The position numbers and the translations under genes were made by a program. DNA of 64,000 nucleotides from Penicillus capitatus (lineage: Eukaryota; Plantae; Chlorophyta). The stretch spans positions 496,001 to 560,000 of the forward strand of contig OZ287699.1 of the NCBI GenBank assembly GCA_965649825.1, in the 5' to 3' direction. The notes below the pieces were generated by a model. It did no database searches and was not told the DNA's origin. It saw only the letters and a program-made list of their open reading frames with translations. Shown piece after piece: positions 51,513 through 64,000 of this stretch. Positions within the stretch are counted from its first letter, which is position 1. Each line of letters opens with the position of its first letter.

Positions 51513-53828
51513 CTAGCGTTTCTGGTGACGGATATACGTCATGGAGAAGTATCCTGCCAGAACGAATACTGCAGTGAATACGTACACGAGGCCAGTACTC
51601 AGCTTCTTGTCCATATCTTCGAGATCAAAGCGCGGCAACACTTGAAACTCTTTCGGCGCGCCGACTGCGCACAGCTCTCACAAAAAGATAAAGAGACGAT
51701 CTAGAGACATACCTGCTTCCAGATCGTTGTCTTGATCCTTGAATTGATTGACCATCACTGCGCCATAACCGTAAGCAGAATAGTTGACCCAGTAAATCCA
51801 CCCCCAGTAGACTGGCATGTCGTCCGGCAGAATGAACAGTCCAGCAAAGAAAGCTAGAATCACAGAGGTCGTCTGCAGCAGAGCATTGGCAACGTTAACA
51901 TCCGGCGCTGCAGCAGCGCAGATGTAGGCCAGTGCAATGCCATTGAAGAAATGACCAAAGTAGACGGCCCACAGATAGATGATCGATCCTTCGAAGGCAA
52001 TGAGATACCACATCAGTGTGCTGAAGACGAACGTGCAGAGCAAGGCCACGACTACTTCGTCGATCATCTTCGCGAGGAGATAGATTCCGGGACGATAGAG
52101 ACCGTTGTCCACCTCACGGTAGAACAAAGCCCTCTCTGAGCACAGCAGGAGCGTGACAAGACAGCGGAAGGCATGACGGCAGAAGTACCCAAGACGAGTG
52201 TCGGTGTGTAGATTCCGGCACTGAACATGGGCAGCACGACAATCAGGAAGAGCGCGGCAGCGATGTTGTTCGTGTTGAGTGCGTCACGGTTGTCTCCGAT
52301 GCCATAGTATGTGACAATGATCAACGCAGACATCACGATCTTGTCTGCCAGTCGAGGCACCCAGAATCCGGGATCCATGAAGTTCTTGGCCGTACGGTAC
52401 TGCAGACGCAGAAAAGCAATCGACAAGACTCTCATCCGACGGGCAGCCGCACTTTGATGAGCGTCTTGAAGGCAAACCAGCTTGGCGTCACTGTCGCCTT
52501 TGTGACAGCCAGCTCTTCCCGTGTGACCTCATCCGTGTCATCTTTAGTGGTCACGAAGGTGTCGAGGAGTTTGTCGGAATCCGCCTTGAGTTGAGATCCG
52601 GCGAACTTTGCTGCGAGTTCTGGTCCTTTGTTCTCGCGCTCGGCCTTGACCATGACGGCCGTGAGCCATTCCGCCTGATTGTCATATGCTTCTTCCGTCG
52701 AGGCGAAAGATTCCAAGAAAGGAACAGCTTGGACTAGACACACGTCACATCACCAGTCACTCAATCGATTAACACCATCACGAGAAACGAACGCACCTCT
52801 CTCTCCGAAGAACACCACCTGGCCTGCCAGTAGAAACAGAACACTGTCGAACAGACTGAAGGTGTATGGCGTGGGAGAGTGGATCGTTGAGCAGATGGTC
52901 GTGCCGTCCGATACCAGATTCTTCACGACAGTCATGATCTGCAGAGATCAGAAACCAGTCGTCCATTCCACACGTCACATCAGAGAGATGCCTCACGTCG
53001 TTTGCCGTGTTCGAGTCCAGTCCCGTCGTCGGCTCGTCCAAGAAGAGGACGCGTGGATCGGTAATCAGAGCAATGCCGATGTTGACGCGCTTTTTCTACA
53101 CGCATTCAGCACGGCGATCTGTCACGTCATCAAATCATGCGTCATGCTTACGAGTCCTCCCTGCTGTCCAATCTTCCTATCCCGCGTGGTCGTCAGACTC
53201 ATCTTGCGCATCAGTTCCTCCACTTTCTGCATCTTCTCTGCGAAGCTCTCCGACATCGGTCTCTGCAAACAGTCCAAGTGCCGTACAAGTTCGCGATCGA
53301 TTGTTCATTTGTGCGAGGTTTGGATGTCGCACCTTGAGTTCGGCCGTGTAGATCAACATCTCCTTCACGGTCAGTGACTCGAGGAGAGTGTCAAACTGCT
53401 CCACGTATCCAGTATATCTCCTCAGGAAGGTTTTGGTCGGTCTCTGGTTGGCGAAGAGAAGGGTCCCAGTGATCTTTCCTTGCGTCTTGCGTCCGGCCAA
53501 GATGTCCATCAGCGTTGTCTTGCCACTTCCGCTGGGGCCGATCTGTTAAGACATGGTCGAACGAACAAACACTGTCGATCTCTGTCCTCACTAAGCAAGA
53601 CATCTGTCCAGGGTTGAAGAAGCCACTGACGTTGCGCAGCAGATACGCCAATTTGCCACGCTCGACGTTTGACGGTACTGAATACTCGAGGCCCTGAAAA
53701 AGCAAGAGGGTCGCAAAACGAGGGAATCACGCAGAGAGACGAACACGAATCACGATTCGCATGCCGCGAATGGACTGGGAACTCGGACGCGTCCCATCCG
53801 GCAACAATGACGTGCGTTCGGGGTCCAT
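51513..53828 (-). CDS. ABCG: Half-size ABCG transporter A of a head-to-head pair
   Basis: [69 protein letters not shown]-terminus YIRHQKR. Confidence 0.92.
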
Positions 53829-53976
53829 GCAGACGTTTCAGCAGAGACCGCGGCAAATGAGTGGCAAGTAGGAGCGAAAAGACGGCGCCGGCAGCAGCTG
53901 ATCTTTGAACAGTCACTTGTCCAATTCAGGAGCAGAAAACGACGCGACGTTTCGTCTGTGCGTGTCTGGCTGTCAG
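53829..53976. promoter_or_regulatory. Putative bidirectional promoter between the two ABCG paralogs
   Basis: 148 bp between the inferred divergent ATGs at 53828 and 53977. Confidence 0.5.
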
Positions 53977-56242
53977 ATGTGTACGACTTCAGCAGCACAA
54001 CCTCTTCTTTGTGACGCCGAGTCGTCGAAGCGCGATGCCCCACCATCACTCTCTACGGGACTGCAGATCGTCATGAAGGTTAAATAGTCAAAGACGTCGT
54101 CTGGAGTGATTGGTGGTGGATGCACAGGATCTACAGTATACCATAAAGTCCTCCAGGACGAAAGGCCGTCCGTTAAAACTGCTGACAAATGTGACAGGGT
54201 ACTTCGTTTCGGGTCAGATGGCCGCATTGGTGCAGCAGACGGTTCGATGGCGGTGACGATAGATACGATTGCTCTCTGTAGATTGGACCCTCGGGCAGTG
54301 GGAAAACGACATTGGTGGATGTCCTTTCGGGTAGAAAGACACAGGGGAAGACAGAAGGCGTCATTCTCTACGGGAATCAAAGACCGACGGCCGCTTTTCT
54401 GAAGAGATACATTGGATACGTCGAGCAGTTTGATGTACTGATCGAATCTCTGACGGTTGAAGAAATGCTTATGTACACAGCGGAGCTCAAAGTGTGAGAA
54501 AATGAGATCATGCCCATGTTGATCGGATGCGGATGCGTTTAGCGGCCGATGAAAGAAAGCTATGTGGAAAAGCAGCACTGTGTTCAGGCGTTGATCGAGA
54601 AACTGATGCTCCAGAAGTACAGAGACAGAAGAATCGGTTCACAAGGGGGTGTGAAGAAGAGGGTGAACATTGGGATTTCTTTGATCTCGAATCCAAAAGT
54701 CTTGTTTTTGGATGAGCCGACGACGGGTTTGGATTCTTATACAGCAAATGAGGTGTGTCATAGCCTACGGTTCAACATACTGCATGATTTGTGTGTCTTA
54801 GACGATGACCGTCGTTAAGAACATGGCACTGGATGGAACAACCATCTGTTCGACCATCCATTCGCCAACGCCTTACACTTTCGGACTCTTTGACAAAGTC
54901 CTCTTCATTCTGGGCGGTTTCGTTGTTTTCTTTGGAGAGACAAGTGAGCAATCGTCTCGATCAGAGAGCCAAGATGCCAAACCAGGCATTCATACAGAAA
55001 ATGCGCTTAAGTTCTTGAACGGATTTGCTCATGGGATGACCAATGTGTATGACAACGATGCCGATTGGCTCACTATGATCATCGTACGAGCAGAGAGAGA
55101 AAACCGAGGACCCGAAATCGCAGAAGCATTTGCTCAGTCTTCTTACATGATGGAACCCGTCTCACGTTCATATCGATATTCCTTTACCGATGTCTGTTTA
55201 GGAAGTCGACAGTTTTCTGGTGGACAGCATGAAGAACGGCTACACAACCGATGCGACCCATGGCCTCCTGTTCGACACCAGAGAATCCACATCGATTCCT
55301 TCATGGTTTGCATTCAAGACACTCATTAAGGTGCAAATCGCAAGCACCCTTCGGATGGACACAGTGGATGAACCGTGTTGATGTGACAGTATCGAACGGC
55401 GAAGCTGTTGACAGAGCCTTCGTTCTGGATCTCGCGTCTTGCCGACAAGTTTACTTTTCTTTTTCTGCTGCTCTTGACCTACCATGGCGTGGGGGACAAC
55501 TTCGAGTTCCCTGCCGTGCAGAATGTCGTTTCTGTATGTTTCATGCTGGTCTGTTTTCCATTGTTTGGTGCCGGAGTCTATGCACCAGGCTTGGTCGTGG
55601 AGCGTTCCTTGATGTACCGTGAGATGAGCGATGGTATGTACACCACAGCGCCGTATCTTCTGATGAAGCTGGTGGACGAAATGATTACGGGCATCTTCTC
55701 GACGATCGTCATCACTTCGATTGCCTGGAAGGTCCTGTCACTGCAGGGAGATTACGTGTATTTCGTCCTCGTCTACTTCGGAAACCTCATCAACGGCATC
55801 GGTAGATCTCCCTCTTGCTCACCAGATGTATGTAACTAGCGAGCTATTTTCTGTGCATTTAGCAACGGCGTATATCTGTGCAGCTGTGGGTCCCTCTGTC
55901 ACGATGTCCAATGCATTGCTGGCGACATACACGGCGTTGCTGCTGTTCTTTGCAGGGATGTTGATCCTGCCATCGAAGCTGCCGATCTATTGGAAATGGA
56001 TACACTATTTGGATTACGCCAAGTATGGATTCGGCGTGCTGATGCACAATACCTTCACAAGCACAGACGCAGCACGAGGTGCTCGTTTCGATTTCGTTCT
56101 GGTATCGATCACTCCGTTAGACTACTATGAGTTGGACGATGTGTCCGTGAATTGGTGGACCGTCGTTGTCTATCTGTTTGTGATGGGTCATCTGACACTG
56201 GCCTATCTCTGCACGAGATTTATTCGATACCAGAAACGCTGA
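53977..56242 (+). CDS. ABCG: Half-size ABCG transporter B of a head-to-head pair
   Basis: [68 protein letters not shown]-terminus FIRYQKR. Confidence 0.92.
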
Positions 56243-56651
56243 GAGTCAGACTTTCAAGTCACATCATCGAAGAATGAGAAATGTGTTGAACAGAGAGCGC
56301 AATCGTGAATGGATAGATGCATTCTTTTGAATCTCTGTATGGTTGCTTTGTCATGCCTCGATCGCATCGAAAATTCGTCATCAGCGTTCTCGATGCGAAA
56401 ATGAACGAACGGCAAACTTCACAATTTGCAAAGTCGACATATAAGGGGCAGAAGAATGTCGACGCGTCATCGATGTTATGGTGTTCTGTGATGCAAGAGC
56501 GATTCCTTAGAAGAGTTTGGCCTATGTCAGATACCAATGGCAAAGAGAGTGCGATCGATGCAGCAGGAATACGAAATACAGCAGAAGACACGTGTGATAT
56601 GACGCAGAGAGATGCAGGAATAGAATGGATTCGGTTCGATGTTAAAGATGA

Positions 56652-58623
56652 TTATCTGTATCGCTTAAATAATTTCTCAATGGCAAAGGGAGCATTATTG
56701 CTGAGATCTGCCGCTTCTCCACTACCATAGAGGGTAAAGATGACAGATCCAGTAAGAAAGAAGAAAATGGACGGGAGGAACAAAGCCACTGCCCACGATC
56801 CATACTGATCTAACAAGGCACCCGTCGTTGCCACACCTAGTCACACAAATCTCCTTTCTGTTTCGTCCATCAACACGAGACGCGCACCTAAGACACCCGT
56901 TAACGCTCCGGCTGTGTTAGTGATTCCCAGCAGTAGACTGGAGTACTGTTCAGAAAGGTCCTGGTGATTACAGTAGAGTCCTGTAGACAGAGGGTCTGCA
57001 GGGAGTGGATGATCGGAGGGGTCACACCTGCCAGGGAGAAGCTCGAGAGTCCCAGGGCAAGGGTGAGAAAGATGAGGTTCTTTTGTACGAATGGTGGATA
57101 GGACGCGGCCAGAAGACAGAGAGAAGGACCCAGAAATGCTGTACACTGTGCCAGTTTGCGCACCAGTCCAACGCGCCACCCTCTGGCAATCAAGTGATCC
57201 GCGATGGGACCAGCAACGAGAGAAGCTGTGATGCCTGCACAGACACACCAGGTAAGAGTATTTGAAAAAGTGTGTCATGCAACAATCCTGCTGCTGGAGG
57301 AATGAGGGAAACCTGTGCGGCTCGAGTGAGGTCCAGACTCAAGGTGTCTGTAAAGTAGCTAGGCAACCAAGCCATCAAGGAAAAATGAAACCTGTTCAGG
57401 TGTGTCGTCAGACACACGAAGCCGTTCGTGAAAGTGTTACCAGTTATTGCAGAAATGCGTGTACATGAGTGCGTACAGTGCCCGGCATCGTAGTATGGCT
57501 CTCCAGGGTACTTCTTTTTTCTTGTGTTTGTATATTCTTCGGTGTTCTGCCAAGAGTGACCGTTGTTTACCAGGCAGGGTAAAAGAGTGAGAAGCTGTTA
57601 CCAATGAGTCGTGCGTATGTTTGCCGATCTCTCTGTTTAATGTTCTGGACCAGGCGCACCCACCAAATGGTCCACACTAACCCCATTCCGCCAAAGACAT
57701 AAAAAACCGATGGCCAACCGTACGACTTCACTAAGACCGGCGATAGCAACAGACCTGCAGTCACTCTTATTACAAGTGCAAAAGTGTGAGAGACTATAGT
57801 CCTGCCTAATAGACTCCCTAAGTACAGGGCTGCACCGACGAAGGTCATCGATCGCGATCGTTCCGTGATGGGAACGACACTGGCAACCAGGTCTGTCAAC
57901 GAACCAGGAGCCACTGCTTCGCCGATGCCGACCACGGCACGGGACGCACAGAGTCCCACGACACTGGATCCCTGAAAAGGCACAATGGTTGTCGCTGTCG
58001 ACCACAGTCCCACACCAATCGGCAGCATCCTCGCTCCAGAGAAAACCGTGTTCAAAAATCCAGACGGCAACTGGCAGAGCGTATAGCCATAGAAGAAGGC
58101 TGACTGGACCAGACCCGAAATCGTAGCCGACCAGCCGAACTGTCGCGCCATGGGAATGATGGCCACACTCATGTTGACCTTATCCTATCTCGCACACACA
58201 TCTTGCATTCACATGTCCTGGCGCTTTCGAATGCACCATGTTGCAGATGACAAACGCCATGCTCGTTGCAAAGAGGAGCTTGTAACGCGACGGCAGCGAT
58301 TCCCATTTGGCAAAGGGCGTGTACGTCGCTGCGGCGATTTTGTCGACAATGTTTGGATTGTTTTTAGACGGACGCAGATCCGCGTTTGGATCATTCTTTG
58401 CGCGTCTGGACACTGATCGACGCGAGGGCGCAGGTGTCTTACGTATACGCTCGGGTCGTCGTCGATTTGGGTCGGTTGCCGATCGTAGACGTCTCTGGTA
58501 TGCCCTCGCCGAGACGCGTCGACTCACAAACGCACGAACATGACGCGAACGTACACACGCTGCAGCTAAGTCGATAGGTCGACGCCTCAGCTTCAGTGGC
58601 AAACGTTTCGGCACTTTCAGCAT
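56652..58623 (-). CDS. PHT4: PHT4/ANTR anion transporter, paralog 2, with an Arg-rich transit-like leader
   Basis: LPSRYKLLFATSMAFVICNM..MSVAIIPM, GLVQSAFFYGY, GWPSVFYVFGG, QDLSEQYSSLLLGITNT. Confidence 0.9.
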
Positions 58624-58685
58624 CGGAGCGAAACAATTACGAAAGGAACACTCGTACATAGAGACAAAGCAACTCGTGTCGTACA

Positions 58686-60044
<1,359 letters not shown>

Positions 60045-60130
60045 CAATTCAATCTGTTAAATCCCTCTCCCCACCGCCACCACCACCGTCACTTATCATC
60101 ATGTATGGACAAAACGGTTGGGAACCACAT

Positions 60131-62039
60131 CTATACCACTGTTCCCGCTTCAATTTGAGATCCTTTCACCACCACAATGATGCCATCCTTGATCACGTAT
60201 CCCATATCTTCTGTCTTCAACGCTTCTTTAATTCCTTCTTTGTTAATCAACTGTACATTTGCACCGATACGGGCATTCTTGTCGACGATGCAGTTTTTGA
60301 CGATGGAGTTGGGGCCGATGCCCATTGGGAGACAGCCAGGAACGATGGCGCATTCTTCGAGGGTCTCGTAGTAATCGGCCCCCATCAACAGACTCTTCTC
60401 CACCAAACAGTTCTCCCCAATCAACGTACGCAATCCAACGACGCTGTCCGTCAATTTAGAGCCTTCGCGAACGTAGCAGCCGTCACCGATGACGGAGTTC
60501 TTGATTTCCACGTCCATCAGCTTAGAGGGCGGCAAGAACCTTAGATTGGAGAACATCGGCATCTTCTCATCTTGGAAACTGAAAAGGAGTGAGAAAGAGT
60601 GAGGCAAGGGGAGACATGCCTGAAAGGAGCATTGGGTTGAGTGACCTGCAGATTGGCATTGTAGAACGCCCCCACTGTTCCGATGTCTTCCCAGTAGCCA
60701 TCAAAGAGAAAAGCTTGCACCCGCATGCCCATCTTTGTGGCACCCGGTATGACTTCCCCTCCAAAATCATTGGCATCTGGGAAGTCTGTTTCCAGAAGTC
60801 GCTTCATCGTGTCTGCCTTGATCACATAGATTCCCATACTCGCAATGTACGGCAGATTCTTGGCCCTGTAGAGTTGCGTGTTTTTTGGTGTGACGATCAA
60901 AGTGGGTCAGACCTTTCGGCTTCGAGGCCTAGAATCGTCGTGTCTACGGTCATTGCTTTGAGCGCATCGCCCTTTGGCTTCTCCGCAAACTCCACAATGC
61001 GTCCATCGTTATCGATTTTCATCAGACCAAATGCCGACGCTTTTTCTTCATCGCAGGGCAGCGCCGCCACAGTAATGTCTGCGTTTGCCTGAACGTGTTT
61101 CTCGACAAATTCGCGATAGTCCATTCTGTACAACTGATCCCCTAAAAGACAAGACCCGTTGCTAAACACTGTCGCACACATTCCTGCATGAGATCAGACC
61201 CGAGAGAATGACGAAATGCTCGACGCCCTGGTCCATGTATTCTGTAAAGAGGTAGAGGTACTGCCTCACAGCATCAGCCGTTCCTTGGAACCAATCAAAG
61301 TTCGTTGGCATCTGTGTGGCTGCCAGTATTTCAACAAATCCCTTGTTCGACGGAAACTGACTTGATGAGTTCTACAGCACAGGCATCTCACTCTTTTCTT
61401 CCAAAAGAGTGAGACAGTACATAAGCCGACATGACGTGACGGTTGAGAGATGCAGAATTGAACTGAGTGAGGACGTAGATCTTGTTGATCCGACTGTTCA
61501 GGCAATTGCTGATCGGAATGTCGATGAGACGGTAGTTTCCTCCCAACGGCACGGCAGGTTTGGCTCGTGCTTTCGTCAGAGGATAGAGACGTGTACCTGC
61601 TCCTCCTCCCAACACAACCGCCAGGCATTTCTGCCACATTCCACATAAACATTGCGTCGCGTTGGGGAGAAGAGACCTCAGAAACGGGAACAGCTGTGGC
61701 CGCTTCGAGATTTTCCACCGTCGTCGGTGCGGAATCGACCTTCGATGTCACCGCAGCAACGGTCTCCCGTTTGATCTACGCCACACATATCGCCTTCGTT
61801 GTCTCCGAACACGGTCGCCGTGCCTGTTGGTATTTTTCAAGGCGTTTCGTGTGAATTCGCCCAGCGCGACGGACAACCAACCGTCCAGCGGCAAAACGCG
61901 TTCCTGTACAACGCAGCCTCAGATTTCAAACTCCTACATGTGGGACGGTACGTCGAGCGCGCTGAGTGATACAATGGAGGTGTCTTTTGCCGGTGAGATT
62001 CAGGCGATGGGGGACAGGAGCACCTAAGAGACTCGACAT
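60131..62039 (-). CDS. APS1: ADP-glucose pyrophosphorylase small (catalytic) subunit
   Basis: [78 protein letters not shown]; 5' exons approximate (one apparent GC-AG intron). Confidence 0.95.
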
Positions 62040-62143
62040 CGTGCAGTCGAAAGGAGAAACGCAACGATCGGCGCCACAAACGGTAAGATGCGTACAATGA
62101 TGAGGGATCAAATATGATTCGTCGTCGTCGTCGGCAACAAGGA

Positions 62144-64000
62144 TTATTGTCGAGTGGGCACACCGAAGTTCTCCCAGACGCGAATCTCTCCGCGACTGCC
62201 GCCAGTGACAAAGACCTGACCCCAGAGGCGAAACTCAGGAGGCAGCGTTTCGGCTGTGGGCGTCGTCAAGCCGATCATTTTCATAAGGGCATGGTCATTG
62301 CTGCCCGACGGAGATCCCACGTCGAGTTTCTCACAGGGACGACGACAGATGTCGGGGCAGAAAGTAGCACATGGACAGAATCCGTGATGCGCTTGAAAGC
62401 ACTCCCATTCTGAGAGCTTTTCGCGTTCTTGTTTCTTGAATGGCCGTGCAGCACCTGTCCAGACGTACACGCGACCATCATCCGATCCAGAAATGAGATA
62501 GGACCCATCGACCGTCGGCGAGGCGACGATGGGACGACCAGAATCGTTGGCATGACCCTTGAACTTGCACAGATGTCGCGGAGGTGTTGTTGCCTGGAAC
62601 AGTGCCATATGGTGGAGAGGGATAAGATGGGGAGAGGACTTGAAGGAGACGGATGCGTGAGTCATGTGTGCTGACGATAAATGTGTGATCGCCGACGTTG
62701 GCGCGAACGATGCCTGTGACTTTTGTTCCCTTTCGATGACGTCCCGTGCGATTCTTGACATCAATCTCTGCACGTTTTTCTAATCGATTGCCGTTAAGAT
62801 TGTAGATGCGACATCGACCTGGAGTGCGAACGGGGGTCATTGTTTTTTGATGTGACGTGAGAGGAGGTACCGTCAAAGCAGCCGGCAACGATCGTCCGGC
62901 CATCTGCCGAGAAACACAAGGCCGTGAAAATGTCCTTCTCGCTGGCGATGCTCGCAGAGGCAACGACTTTGTACTCTGCGATATTCCAAAGTCGGAGGAC
63001 GCCGTCTCCAGAACCTAAGATCACACTTTTCTGGATGCACGCAAAGAGTGAACCGCGTTGTCTGCCTGAGATGAATCGACCGGCATCGAGGGGGTGGAAC
63101 CGAATTGAAGTAACGTAGTTGACATGAGGGAATTCCCGTAAGCAGTTCTCATGTCGAACATGCCACAGTCTCACACTTTTATCCAGAGCAGCCGATAGTA
63201 CAAATTCGGATTTGTGTGACCAACAAATATCGAGGATGTCAGATTTGTGCCCCCGGAATACTTGGAGAGGTACTGGATCGAATACGGGGATGTCGACTTT
63301 TTTCAGTGTTGAAGACTTTCTGTAAAAAGAGTGAGCGAGCAAAAAGAGTGAGATTGCCATACCTATTTTCCATCACTTGCCAGATGTAAACGTTTCCATC
63401 TTCTCCACCTGTTGCAAGCATGTTGTGATTCGGACTAAATTGCATGACCCAAACGACTCCTTGATGGATCTTTATTTCTTGTACGAGCCGCAAATCTGAC
63501 AGACATTTTTCGGACCTTTTGTTCGTCATCACCTTGCCATGAATGGACATCTCACTCTTTTATTAAGAGTGAGAAAACGTACAGGTCGTGTCTGATCGAT
63601 GCATGGTTCTCTGACAGAGTGTCGTGAGCACGGTGAAGGACTTTCTGAAATCTTCCGTCTAGTTCGATGGACAAAACTGAGTAAGGATGCACGCCTATCT
63701 CACACTTTACGCATTTTCTCACTCTTTTCTCTCGTTGCCTTACCCTGGGCTTCCCATCGACGGGTCACTCACTTGCCGTGGAGTGTTCTGGAGATCCTCT
63801 TGCGGTTCCTAAACAGAAAGACGTTGTCTTGGATGACGGTGATGAAGCACAGCTTCCCCACAGGCGTCCCAGGTTTGGGCAATTTTAGATATCCAAAGAG
63901 GTCGAGGAAATCGTCGACAGCAATCTGTTCGCCGTCCGAGATTTCGATACGGTCGCCGCTTTCATTAATGCGATATCTCTTTCCCGTCTCCAAGTCTTTG
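62144..64000 (-). CDS. WD40-repeat protein, WDR44-like (5' end beyond the window)
   Basis: QEIKIHQGVVWVMQFSP, FRGHKSDILDICWS, LSAALDKSVRLWH, YVTSIRFHP, FKGHAN, YLISGSDDGRVYVW. Confidence 0.85.

Overview
Gene-dense eukaryotic nuclear DNA with many short (~40-70 nt) GT-AG introns and the standard genetic code. Starch synthase II, the AGPase small subunit, OEP61, PHT4, NPF and PFL point to a compact green-algal (Chlorophyta) genome; the exact lineage cannot be determined here. About 24 spliced genes can be reconstructed by hand. They include SS2, IMPACT, OEP61, a giant beta-helix-repeat/multi-TM surface protein, two MATH-domain paralogs, an RWD-MJ1316 protein, three half-size ABCG transporters, two PHT4 transporters, a cis-prenyltransferase, an NPF transporter, RRP7, PFL and its activating enzyme, an LSM12-like protein, XPF, an STMP1-like micro-protein, NKAP, AGPase and a WDR44-like gene. 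Decayed islands lie at about 16.3-20.4, 23.3-27.4 and 44.6-51.5 kb. They hold a TrpG pseudogene, GATC-rich minisatellites and a ~1.65-kb inverted dispersed duplication, one copy of which carries a 191-bp TG..CA insertion with a 5-bp TSD. Best leads: (1) a two-exon, 72-aa secreted knottin with a conotoxin-type cysteine framework, missed by the ORF track; (2) a head-to-head ABCG pair whose signature motifs are both degenerate; (3) divergently paired PFL and PFL-activase genes; (4) a minimal RWD-MJ1316 protein. Exon structures were inferred by eye and no database searches were run.
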